From Lama glama (lineage: Eukaryota), in contig CM052816.1 in NCBI GenBank assembly GCA_028534125.1, positions 29,142,001 through 29,206,000 on the forward strand: a stretch of DNA of 64,000 nt. The letters run 5' to 3'. Below the pieces are notes generated by a model. The model was not told the DNA's origin. It did no database searches and saw only the letters and a list, made by a program, of their open reading frames with translations. Made by a program: the position numbers and the translations under genes. Positions 37,346 through 49,880 of this stretch are shown piece after piece (positions within the stretch are counted from its first letter, which is position 1; every line of letters starts with the position of its first letter).

Positions 37346-38484
37346 TTCAAAATTATTAAACACACTTAAACACTAATAGTCTCCTCACAGGGTTAAAATA
37401 GTACACTGTAATAATAATATTTAAAATAAAGCATTTAGCACAGTGCCGGGTACATAGAAACAAACGTGAACTCAAAAAGAAGAGAGAAATACTTTTTTAA
37501 AGTTTAAATCCTGATGAAAAAGTTGACAAATATTTCTTTTTCTGTCCATTTATCTTTGTTTCTCTAATTTCTCCTTTTCTCAGACTCTTCCATTAAAATG
37601 CCACTGCCCTTCCATCACTCTGACGTGTTGATGTTTTATCATTCCCTTGTTCCTGCTCCCCAATCACCTGCTCCAGCTTCTCCCATTGCTTTCTTTCCAA
37701 GCTCATTTTTCTCAATTTTCAAGGCTGCTGACAGATAAGCATGAGTAACATTAGAGGGTTTGTTTTCATAACGTTCCCTTCAGAATATCACCAGAATAAA
37801 TGCTTTTGTGCTACTTGAGACAAACACCCCAAAATACATGCAGAGTTGCAATCAGTACTTGTCAGACCCTTCACTACGTAAATGGAGGCATCTCAGGGAT
37901 CAAAAGGGATCAAGGAAAGGGTCTCCCTGCACTGTGGCTATTGCCTACAGTCTGAGGTACAAGCAAAAACAACAAATAATCTAAATAAGCACTTTATGTG
38001 AGACACTGGCAAACTCTTCTTTCTTTTTAATTAATAGTATAAAGAAAGGCCAACTTATTTACCTTAACCTTTCCTCACAAATGATGCCACTGAAGATAAG
38101 TTGCATATGTAAAAGAGTCACTCAGGGAGCTTTCATTAAGGTGCCTGACAACTTCCATGATTATATTTTTCACAACTGCCAAGAAATGTTGAACTACAGT
38201 CTGGACTTCTTTCCCTTGGGGGAAGAATGTTGTTTATAGCATTCCGAAGGATTTGGTGATCGCCTGTGAAACATCAGCAGATGACACGTAGATGATTCCA
38301 CAGTTGATATACATTGTCTCCTTAGGCAACCTTGAATTACCCTAAATTTTAGGAAAGCAACATCTACAGTGGCTTGACTCTTCTTTGGAACTAAGTGGCG
38401 TATGAATTAATTAAATTTATTTTGGTTATGCTAGGTATTTTCCAATGAAGAAACATTCTCAGGTACTGTAAGTAATCACAATAT

Positions 38485-38610
38485 AAGATATCTCATTGAT
38501 ATAGCCAATAATTTATAATAGCTATAAATGGATTACAAGCTTTAAAAATTGTGAATCACTATATTGCACACATATAGTATTAGACATCAACTATACTTCA
38601 ATTATAAAAA
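38485..38610 (+). mobile_element. Short L1 3' tail
   Basis: 'ctttaaaaattgtgaatcactatattg...catcaactatacttcaatt' plus A tail. Confidence 0.7.
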
Positions 38611-40629
38611 GATCTTCCATTGAACAACTTTTTCAAGGCAGTTGGCACGTTGACATTTCCAAGGTTTGTTCGAGTTTCTCTATTCCTGTGGCAAGTAGCC
38701 ATTTATGCCAATTTCTGAACACTGGTTAATTAATAAAAAAAATTAATTGACACATCAAGAGACCATAATGTTTCCACATCTCACACTGAAATATTCCCCC
38801 AGCTGATGAGTTGACACATTGTTTACTCTTTGGGTCATCACTTGTTTCAAATGACTGACTAAAGGAAAAGCAGAGTTCTCAGGATATCATATTAAATGAT
38901 ATCTGTATTGGTCTAAAGTGTGCATGCCTTGCATTTTAGGAGATAATAATCTCATGTCAAATATCAGTATGCCTCAGGGGTAATTATATAACGGTCTATA
39001 ATTTTAATCTTGTGTGTGTGTGTGTTTAGTTAACTCAAATGTAGCTCCTATATTAAACATTCTGAAACATTTTGTTCTCTAGTTTTATTGGTTGAAGAAG
39101 TAGTACTGAACTTTAAAATATAATGAAATAAGTTTTTCTTAAAAGGGGAATTTTTAGCACCACTTTTATAGAGCACTCTTGATACAGGTATCAAAATTAT
39201 TAGCAGTACCTTTTTTTTTCCACTTGTTTTAACAGACTTCACTTTTTAGGCTCCTGGTTATATCTCTAAATAGATTTCACACTCCCTGCTCAGAGATAGA
39301 AAAGCGCACGCAGCTTTCTTCACATTCAAATAATAATCTCTTCATTCATCACTATCAAAGTCCAATATCTACCCCAGAACCTATTAAATTAACTACAAAA
39401 TCATTGCTGGTCTCAGGTTCTCACAGAAAAACATGTCTCTGAGGACATTTCACTCATTTTATATCACTTTTCCACTGGATGTTCTTACATTCCAGAATGT
39501 ATCTAAAAGGATTTAAAAATGTCCTTTCCTGTGATCTTATGAATTTATCATACTGACTACTCTCAATGAGAAAAGAGGGTCCTACATGAGGAGAGATGTG
39601 GGTGTAAGAACTACTGCTTGGTAAAAAGCTCCAGCTTAGGGATATACCATCATTTAGCCATAGGAAGTTCAACTTCCTAGAGTTCAAAAACAAGAAAGGG
39701 GTTATTTGCAAAACCCACCAAAAATGGTAATGATCCAAGAGGCAGTTGAGTCCAGTGGAGGCACTGGCACCAAGGCAAAGTGGGGATCTGAGAGCATAGC
39801 CATTTGAGGTCAGAAACCAGGTCATAAAGTATGGGTGTCAGGAATGGGCACAGCAGGCAATCAGCTCAGAGGACATCTGCTCACCAGGTGTGACACATCC
39901 CCACTGGTTCTTAAAGACCTACCACGGCAATGGTGCCTCGCAGGAAATATTTAGGAGAGATTAAAGCTTTCCTTTTTGAAGCTTTGATGGCTATCCATAG
40001 CCTCATACTACCCAGAATCCGAAGCATCCTGGGCTGCTGGAAGGCACGCAGCTAACAAATGAGAATGGCATTTTTTATAAGTTTGTTTCTCAATTCTAGA
40101 ATGTTATCATTTTAAAAGAACATTCTAAATAGATCTTAGAGTCACCTTAGAGAAGGGGGACCTACTGGGTACCAATATGTTGTTCTCACTTACGCTCATT
40201 TACTGCTGACTCCACCTCTCTCTACACCACCTTCCCCACAACCATGCCATCACTATCAGTCAGATCACCAGAAACCATCAGCAATATTCCCCAAAGCTAC
40301 CAAAAACTTAATTTTAAGCTCAAAATGGTTTCAGAGGGGGTCAAAGTTGCTAATGTTACATGGCCTAAGCCCATTCGTCTTAAACTTTAATGTGCATACA
40401 CATCTCCTGGAGGACCTTAATAAAGCTGTATAGCTCTGAGGTGAGAACCGAGTGCTTGCACTGCTAACAAGCACTCAGGTGATGTCAAAAGCTGTTTATC
40501 TATGGATCTCACCCTTGAGTCCCTTGGTGATTCAGAACCCCCACAATTGTCCAATACACCTGATGCGCCTTCAGATTAGAATTCAGCCTAGAACCAAATA
40601 AAATTCTCCAAACCAAGGGTTCTCAAACT

Positions 40630-40850
40630 GGACTGGTGCCAGATTGCCTAGGTTCTAGTCCCAGCTCCTCCACTTACTTCCTGCATCACCTAGCAACTCA
40701 GCTACCGCGTCTCTCTCTGCCTCCATTTCCTCATCTTATTGAATGAGCATAACATAGAACCTATCTCATCAGGTCATTGTGGGAATTAAAGGGGATGAGA
40801 CAGGTAACACATATCACACACTGCTTAGTATGGTAATCAAATAACAAAGG
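40630..40850 (+). mobile_element. MIR SINE (within hAT-like fragments)
   Basis: 'cccagctcctccacttact...ctctctgcctccatttcctcatct'. Confidence 0.7.
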
Positions 40851-42847
40851 TCAGTCGTCTTCAGAGGACTCTGAGATGAACTACAGGGCACTCTATGAAG
40901 ACATCAAAATTATTTCTAAAATGTTCTATGTGCTGAAATTCATTTCCCCTAGAGAGAGTATATATCTTTCATTAGATTCTCAACGGGATTCATAACCCCC
41001 TAACATTTAAGAATCATTGATTAAGAGTGTCTGTGGGGCCCAGAGCTGCCCTGATGTCCAAAACTTGGATGTGAGGAGAAGGTACATTTTGGTCTAACAC
41101 TGCCATGAGTCAAAGCCTCAGGTTTGGGGGAATAAGCATAGGAGGAATGGACAGTAGACTAACTTTTAGCTATTTTATATTACTTAGTGTCACTATGACC
41201 ATAATCTTATTAGCAGTTTTTTTATCCATTGGGATAAAATTCTCCTGGGAATGCAGGTGTTCCAAGGACATAAAAATGACATAGTGCGAAAATTCAGGAG
41301 ACCAATGACCTCACACAGGTGACACACTCATCATCACCTTTAAACATCATCACCTGCATGGTCAGTGTGCCCTCCCATCAGACCCCAAGAGGATAGTCCT
41401 GTCACAGTATGTCACAGGGCTGGGCAAAGCAGAGGATGACAGCACCTTAGCAAACATATCCCAGCTGCTTGTTAGGACCGAGTCAGCTGTGAGCAAGGCG
41501 GGCAGAGAACAGTGAGTTGTTCCCAAAGAACCAAAGCATTTACAAAAGCTAAGTGCATATATTAAGGGGAAAAGCAGAAGAAAGCTGGAGAAAATTCAAA
41601 ACACACTCATGAACAAATTCAGGAACAACAATCAGAGCTGAGAAAACAGTGTGGACCCAAGGTGAGGTAAAGGAAAACAATACTTTAAAATCTGCTTTAT
41701 GAATCTTTGTGCTTACTGTTTAGTAGGCTAAAAGAAGTCCAGTTTCAGAAAAGGGAGAAGAAAAATTTTCAAATGTGTGTATTATGGGAAAGATGTGAAA
41801 GTACTGAATGAAGACTCAGAATCCTCCTTTTGTTGATAAAACCAGTTTAAAGCAATCCATATGACCACACAGAATATTAAAACCTAACACATAGGAGGAG
41901 TCTTGATTTTTCAGATTGTGAGGTAGGCATAGGAAGGCAAATAGATATGCAAAATAGAAGCCCTTAAGTGTTCAAAGAAAGCATATTCATTGAATGTGGT
42001 TATGAAATCTCAACGTGAAAAAATGGTATTCACAGATACATGCCCTAAAACCCAAAACTGAGTTTGCTTTTAAATTATAAAAGTAAACACTATGCCACAA
42101 AAGATTACTAAAAAGTGCACTAAAAACAGCATTTTTGTCAGAATTTCCACAAACCACAACATCCCTTGAGAATACATGTGGATGGATACCATAAAAATAA
42201 TTTCTGTCTTCAGTTATAATGCCCAATCTTAAATTTTACAAGAGTGACTAAGGAAGCATTCCAATAGTTGATGAAATTTACTAAATTTGCTTATTTGCGG
42301 AATTTGTAATAATTTTTAAGCCACTGTATACCATAATTTGAATAGTTTACACTAAATCTCAATTCTTATATTCATTTTTATAAGATACTACCACAGTAAA
42401 TAAAACAATTTTATAAATGTTAGTCATGGTACTTTTTCTTCTTAATCATAAGTTATCTCTCATTTCCCAGCTGATTTTATATTTCATTGGGTATAAAAAA
42501 CATATCACAGGGTTTTAAAAGACATAGCTTGTTGTAAAATGAGATGATTATGGGATGTTTCAAAAATACAAAATAGAAGCTAAGGCAAGTTTTTAACGTT
42601 AAAATAAAGAAGAAACTGTGACAAAACTTTGTTAAAGTGTTGAAGACATCTGGCTTGCTTCCATATAAATCTGTACTGGATAAGTCTTGAAGCATCATAC
42701 AGCTTATCCACTACACCTCTCCCTTCTATTCTTTCCTGAGAAAAATCAGCCCTGCCAAGTTGGCCATGGAAAAGTAGATGGACTTTAAAGATGCTTTAGA
42801 AGTCAATTACATTTCTAATTCTTAAAATGTATAGTCTTACATCCACT

Positions 42848-43454
42848 GGAATGGGAAAAATATTTGAAAATCATATATCTAACATGGGGTTAATATCCAG
42901 ACTATCTGAGAAACTTCTACAACCTAACAAAAAAGAAACAAATAACTGATATAAAAAATGGGCAAAGGTTGAATAGACAATTCTCCAAAGAAGACATATA
43001 AACGGCCAACAAACATATGGAAAAATTCTCAGCATCACTAAACATAAGAGAAATGTAAATCAAGACCACAATGAGATATTATCTCACACCCATAAGTGGA
43101 TGACCACTTTCAAAAGAATAGAGACCTCATCTCACATCAGTCAGAATGGCCATCATTAAAAAGTCTACATATAATAAATGCTGGAGAGGGTGTGGAGAAA
43201 AAGGAATTCTACACTGTTAGTGAGAATGTAAATTGGTGCAGCCACTATGGAGAACAGTATGGAGGTTTCTTAAAACACTAAAAACAGAGTTACTATATGA
43301 TCCAGTAATCCCACTCCTGGGCATATATCTAGAGAAAACTCTAATTTCAAAAGACACATGCAACTGAACGTTCATAGAAGCACTATTTAGAATAGCCAAG
43401 ACATGGAAATAAACTAAATGTTCATTGACAGATTCTTGGATAAAGAAGATGAGA

Positions 43455-43492
<38 letters not shown>

Positions 43493-44635
43493 TAAACACG
43501 CAATGGAATATTACTCAGCCATGGAAGGAATGAAATAATGTCATTTGCAGCAACATGGATGGACCTAGAGATTATCATACTAAGTGAAGTCAGTCAGATA
43601 AGAGAAAGACAAATATCATATGATACCACTTATATGTGGAATCTAAAAAAATGATACAAATGAACTTTTTTACATAACAGAAATAGTCTCACAAACATAG
43701 AAAACAAATTTATGGTTACCAAAGGGGAAAAGGTGAGGAGGGATAAATTAGGAGTTTGAGATTAACCTATATAAAATAGATAACCAACAAGGGCCTACTG
43801 CATAGCACAGGGAACTATATTCAATATCATGTAATACCCTATAATGGAAAATAATCTGAAAAAGAATAGACTTATATTTATATTTATATATATGTATATA
43901 TGTGTAACTGAATCACTTTGTTGTATACTTGAAACACTGTAAATCAACTATACTTCAATTAAAAAAAAACAGAAAATAACAAGTGTTAGAGAGGATGCAA
44001 AGAAATTAGAACCCTGTGCATTCTTAGTAGGAATGAAAAATGGTGCAGCTGTTATAGAAAACAGTACAGAGGTTTCTCAAAAAATTAAAAATGAAATTAC
44101 CATATAATCCAGCAATCCCACTTCTGGGTATATATGCAAAATAATTCAAAGCAGGATTTGAAAAGTAAATCTGCACATAGCAGCATTAGTCACAACAGCC
44201 AGGAAGTGGAAGTACCCAAACATCCAATGACAGATGAACAGATAAACAAAATGTGGCACATACACACAATGAAATATTATGCAGCCTTTAAAAAGGCAAT
44301 CCTGTCAAATGCTATAACATTGATGAAGCTTGAGGACATTATGCTAAGCAAAAAAAGCCAATCACAAAAGGACATATATTGTATGATTCCTCTCATATAA
44401 ATTATCTCAAATAGTCAAAATCATAGAAAAGTGGTTGCCTAGGGCTGAAGAGAGAGAGGCATGTGGGGGCATTAGTGTTTAATGGGTGCCAGGAGTTTTG
44501 GTTTTGCAAGATGAAAAAGTTCTAGAGATCTGTTGCACAACAATGTGAATATACTTAACACTACTGAAATGTACACTTAAAATGATTAAGATGGTAAATT
44601 CAATGTCTTGTGTTTTTATTATAATTTTTAAAATA
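42848..44635 (+). mobile_element. Older L1 (L1MA/MB-like) 3' region interrupted by a younger L1
   Basis: L1 ORF2 sequence breaks at ~43118 and resumes at ~43970 ('aataacaagtgtt.gagaggatg'). Confidence 0.88.
43120..43969 (+). mobile_element. Nested cetartiodactyl-type L1 3' end containing (GATA)n(GACA)n
   Basis: Restarts at 'cacatcagtcagaatggccatcatt'; complete 3' UTR and poly(A). Confidence 0.9.
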
Positions 44636-44803
44636 TATACTGATGTCTGAGTATGAACCACAGAGAATATCATTTAATTTGTCTGCAATGTAGACTAGAC
44701 ACTGCAATTTTTTAAAGCGTCCCCTGTGATTCATCAGTGCCATACAGGACCATGGGCCTAGTGTTGTCAGCTGTTAGGATTTTTTCTAGAATAAATAGAA
44801 AAA

Positions 44804-44855
44804 TGAATAGACTCCACAGAGCCTCCATCTAGGTTCAGAGACAAAGCTTCAGGAG
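44804..44855 (+). repeat. Copy 1 of a perfect 52-bp dispersed direct repeat
   Basis: Identical to 45677-45728. Confidence 0.95.
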
Positions 44856-45208
44856 TTTTAGAATCAAGAGTTTTATATAAACATTTCTGATTTTTTAAAA
44901 TGCTGGTAAGGAATTTTTAAAATGTTGTGCAAACCAAACACACCATTTGCAGCCTCTTGGACTTCCTTGGATCTCTTAAGTTCCCTTCTAGTTTAAAATT
45001 TCTGTGAATCAACGTTAAGCTTCCTGTGTCTCAGTAGCTGGTCTTCTTACCAGAGGACTCTCCTCTGGCTTTAGAATCTTCCCTGTGTGAAGTACTCATC
45101 AGTAAAACGAGTCAGGGTGCACAACAAACAGGGTGCCCCAAGAGAAATATCACGGTTACAAGTCCTCAGTTCCATGTGGGTTATCATTTTGGCAATAAAT
45201 GAGATTGG

Positions 45209-45438
45209 GTTTTTTAAAATTTTCCATTGAAGTGTAGTTGATTTACAATGTTAGTTTCAGGTGTACAGCAAAGTGATTCAGTTATATGTACACGTGCATG
45301 TATTTTTTTTCTTTTCAGATTCTTTTCCAGTATATGTTATTACAAGAAACTGAATATAGTTCTCTGTGCTATACAGTAGGCCTTTGCTGTTTATTTTATA
45401 TATAGTAACATGTGTCTGTTAATCTCCAATGCCTAATT
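45209..45438 (-). mobile_element. Cetartiodactyl-type L1 3' tail
   Basis: 'attgaagtgtagttgatttacaatg...tgtacagcaaagtgattcagttatat...ctgtgctatacagtagg'. Confidence 0.88.
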
Positions 45439-45676
45439 AGATCGAGGATTTTTGAACAACTATTTCAGGCAGAGAAACCAATCATCTGGGGGATTGCTTG
45501 TTTGTTTGTTAGGTTTCCAGTTTGAGAGAATCCTGTAGCTGAAGTTCAATGGTACATGGACTCCTAAATACATTGCACATACAAAAGATGAGTTGCTTTG
45601 ATGTAAGTAGGATTGGGGAAACGGGGAGTGAATGATTGTACTTCATTTCCTGCCTTATCAGAAGGCTATTCTGCCC

Positions 45677-45728
45677 TGAATAGACTCCACAGAGCCTCCA
45701 TCTAGGTTCAGAGACAAAGCTTCAGGAG
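45677..45728 (+). repeat. Copy 2 of the 52-bp dispersed direct repeat
   Basis: Identical to 44804-44855. Confidence 0.95.
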
Positions 45729-46274
45729 CTGGAGGAGAGCAAGCAGTGTGCTGAATGTCTTTAGCCCCTGCTCCACAGCAGCCGCTGCTCTTCTCAGCTC
45801 TACTGAGCTTCCACTTAGGCTGTTGTTAGAAAAGGGGTTCAGTGGCTTCAAAGAAGGAAGTTTAAAGGACCCTGACCCAGATGAGGGCACCTAGTGTCCT
45901 CATTAACTTTCAAGATGACATCAACAGAGAGAAAACTAACTGCACACGTAGAAAATACAAACACTGTTGAACAGTGAATAAATAGATTGGAAGGAAGGTG
46001 GAATTCTGAGGCTGTTCAGCACACCAAATCAATTGGAACACAACTCCAACTTCAGGGAAAGCATAAGTAGATGTAAGCCCCTAGCCACCCAGGCTCCTTG
46101 CTGACCCTTCACGTGGAGCAATGTAAAGTCTGGACTTCAGTGTCTGGGGGAACGAAAAGCATGCTTAGCAATGAGGTTAATTAAACGTCTATACCATGAA
46201 GCCTGAGGAAAGAGTAATATAACCAAGGTTATTCTGTCAGGATAAAAACACTATGAAAGATTTAATATAAAAAG

Positions 46275-47362
46275 ACAAAGCTGCAGAGGCAGCCAAAAAA
46301 AAAAAAAAGGTAAGTTGGACTATATCTAAATTTAAAGATTTTGTACATCAAAGGACATCATCAACAGAGGGAGAGGTAACCCATGGGATGGAAGAAAATA
46401 TCTGCAAATTATGCATCTGATAAAAGGTTAATATTAGGTATATAAGCAGAACTCCTAGAACTCAACAAAAGCAAAAAAATCAAACAGCTTAATTAAAAAA
46501 TGAGCGAAGTACTTGAACAGAAATTTCTCCAAAGAAAATTCACAAATATCCAATAATCATATGAAAAGATGCTTTACATCTCTATTAGGGAAATATAAAT
46601 CAAAACCACAATGAGATACCACTTCCCATCCATTAGAATGGTTATTATCAAAAAAAAAAACAAAACAGAAAATAATTATTGGCAAAGATGTGGAGACATG
46701 AACTCTTCTGCACTGTAGGTGAGAATGTAAAATAGTGCATCCACTGTGGAAAATAGTATGACAGTTCTTCAAAAAATTAAAAACAGAACTACCATATGAT
46801 CCAATAGTTCTACTTCTGGCTATATACCCAAAAAAACTGAAAGCACAGACTTGAAAAGATATTTGCCCACCCACATTCATAGCAGTATTATTCACAATAC
46901 CCAAAAGGTGGAAGCAACCCAAATGTTCATCAACAGATGAATGGATAAAGAAAATGTTGTATATACCTACAATGGAATATTACGCAGCCTTAAAAAGGAA
47001 GGAAATTCTGACACATGCTACAGCCTGGATGAATCTTGAAGATATTATCTGAAGTGAAACAAGCCAGTCACAAAAGGACAAATATTTTATGATTCTACTT
47101 ATCTAACATACCTAGAATAGTCAAATTCATAGAGACAGAAAGTAGAATGGTAGTTGCTGGGACTGGGGTGGAGGGAGGAAAGAGGAGTTACTGTTTAATG
47201 AGTACAGAGTTTCTATTTTGTGAGATAAAAAATCCTGGAGATAGCGGTTAACAGTCACACAATAGTGTGAATGCCACTGAATGGTATATCTTTTTATAAA
47301 AGATTTACCTTTTGTTTAAACGGTAAATTATATGCTATGTATATTTTACCACATTTTTTAAA
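46275..47362 (+). mobile_element. L1 (L1MB-like) ORF2 end and 3' UTR
   Basis: 'caaaaccacaatgagatacc', 'gaactaccatatgatcca', 'tcaaattcatagagacagaaagtagaatgg'. Confidence 0.9.
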
Positions 47363-49229
47363 GACAAAGACTATAACCATCATGAAAGCATATTGGTCCA
47401 AATGCCAAGTGAGTTTCATGAGATGCCAGCCATATGGACTTAACATATTTCCTCTGTAATATTGTCTCATTTAATTTGATAGACATAAGAATCTGCAGTC
47501 CATCAGGGTGAACTCTGAGTGCACCTGCAATGGCAGGACTGGTTACAGGGACTCTGACTTAGTTAGAGAGAGATCGATGGAAATAAGAAGGTAAGCTTAG
47601 AAGGGCAGGTTGAACATGATTAGATATGTAGGATCAGTGAAAACACTTCAGGCCAAAAGGATTTAGTGAACTTGATGATTTTTGAACATTATTGGCAAGA
47701 TTGCTTATAAGAGACTTCAAACTACTCATTATAACAGGGTAGATAAAAGTCAACTAGCACAGTTTGTGAGAATGAAGTCTTTAGACTCCTAACAGGACAA
47801 CTGTGTAGACATTAGGGATTGTTTATCAGACACTGAATGTAATACAGAAAGAAACTAAAGGATCTTAAAATTGCCTCATGGATGCTAAAACAATCTCATG
47901 GTTTGAGACAGCAATGATTTCACACATTTTATAACACTGAAAGGTCTGGCCCTACTTCCTCTGGAAAAGTGAAGATTCTAATTTTTTTTCAACCTCTCAG
48001 CTTCAGATGGCTCTGAAAAACAGACCTGCTGGGCATGAGGAGTGCCATCATTAAACATGCTTAAAGGAGTTTAAATATCAATGGATAACGAATAAATGAC
48101 ATAGCAAATGTGGTATTTGCATGAATTGGGAACTAATAGCAAATTCACAACAAATAAGAGAAAAGTCCAAAAAAATGATCTGGGAAAATCTCCAAAAATT
48201 TAGTTATAAACATAAACAAGAATTTTCAAGAAAACATTGTGTCAATTTAGCTTTTCACAAGATTTAAGTATAGAATATGTTTTCAACCCTTGAAACAACC
48301 AGCTTCAAGATCAGGTGCAAAGCTCTCAAGTTCATGATGGTGCCCGAGGATACAAGCCTCTGCTGTGCCTGAGGTGAGCCGTGCAGGAAGAAGATAAAGG
48401 CATGATGCCTTGTGTGGGGTAAGAACAGCAGGAAGAAACACAATGAGCTGCCAATGAGCTCTATCAGCAAGCAGTCCCCCTGATCCATGGGCAGCATTAT
48501 GGTACCCAGACACCTACCCACAATGCCTGAAGCACATACCAGAAGGATGTTCTGTGTCCAAACACCTGCCAAGCTGCAGAGGCAAAGACCTGTCCAGGTG
48601 GGCAGAATGTAATTGACCTATGTGCTTTTCTTATTTTTACTGAAACTCCTCTTGGCTTCAAGTTACTGAATATTTACATCATAAAAGCTGTATTCCATTT
48701 CATAGAGATAGCCATTTCAGGGCTTGGAATTTAGACAAATGATCTACTCCACTACAACCATCCATGAGACCCACACCTCTACCATTTTTCAGCATTCAAT
48801 CTTCCTAAATTCTTCCAGACATGGGCTACATTTTACCCAAAAAGCATCTATCCATTCACAGGAGCAGTGCTTCGTGGAGGAAAAATTGCTCACACTCGCG
48901 AAACAAGCTTCTTGTGAGTAGAGGTTACTGTGTCTTAATACACTTTCTGTGTAGAACATGGAGAGGAATTGAATCACATTTTGCAATCAGATCTCTGTTC
49001 GCCTTGTGACATAGCAACAGAGGAGAATGAAACATTCACTGACTGTCAAGCCATAAAAGATGCCTTTAAATTGCCCATATTTCTGTTTCAGTGGTCTTTT
49101 TTATTAAAACATAATCAACTCATATTGGATGAAACAGACACGAGACTATGGGAAGAGCAACTATTCCAAACCCAGAGAAGGACTGGACTTCTCACTGTTT
49201 GTTATTTCATTAAATTAAAAGTGTTTTTT

Positions 49230-49360
49230 AATTAGGAGTTTGGGATTAGCAGAGACAAACTTCTATATAAAGAATAGATAGAAATGAGGACCTTTGGTAT
49301 AGGAAAATAAATTCAGTATTTTGTAATAACCTATAATGAAAAAGAATAAAAAAGATAATA

Positions 49361-49401
<41 letters not shown>

Positions 49402-49512
49402 GCACACACACACATATATATAACTGAATCACTATGCTGTACACCAGAAACTAATACAACATTGTAAATCAATTATACTTCAATGTATAAAAATAAATAA
49501 ATAAAAATAAAG
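49230..49512 (+). mobile_element. Cetartiodactyl-type L1 3' tail with (TG)(TA)(CA) microsatellite
   Basis: 'aattaggagtttgggattagcaga...aactgaatcactatgctgtacaccagaaac' plus A-rich tail. Confidence 0.88.
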
Positions 49513-49659
49513 TAATAATAGCTAACACACATAAAAAAGGTATTTTGAGATTCAGGCCTACACAATTCCCTTCTAGCCCAAGTCAAGGGCTTAGTCTCGC
49601 TCCAAAGCTTTTTAAAGAAAACGTGGATTCCAAGTCAATGCACATCAGTTATGTGGGGG

Positions 49660-49880
49660 TGGAAGCAGCTTTTGTAATGAGACATGGATCTGAATCTCAG
49701 CCTTATCACTTATTAAATACGTGACCTGACATGAGTATCTTGAACTCTCTGAGCCTCTGTTCCCTGTCTGTAAGACGGTGCTGATAAAGCTTCCCTCTGC
49801 TGCTTGCTGAGGATATTAAATGAGGTAATAAAGTCTACACTACCTGGCACAAAGTCAGGCACATGGTAACTGTTTCAAAA
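49660..49880 (+). mobile_element. MIR SINE
   Basis: 'tgaactctctgagcctctgttccctgtctgtaa...gaggatattaaatgaggtaat'. Confidence 0.75.

Noticed and set aside
48819..48913. Plus-strand AG...GTGAGT bounded segment open in all three frames
   Set aside because: No recognisable peptide in any frame, opposite to the strand suggested by L1 bias, and such pseudo-exons are common
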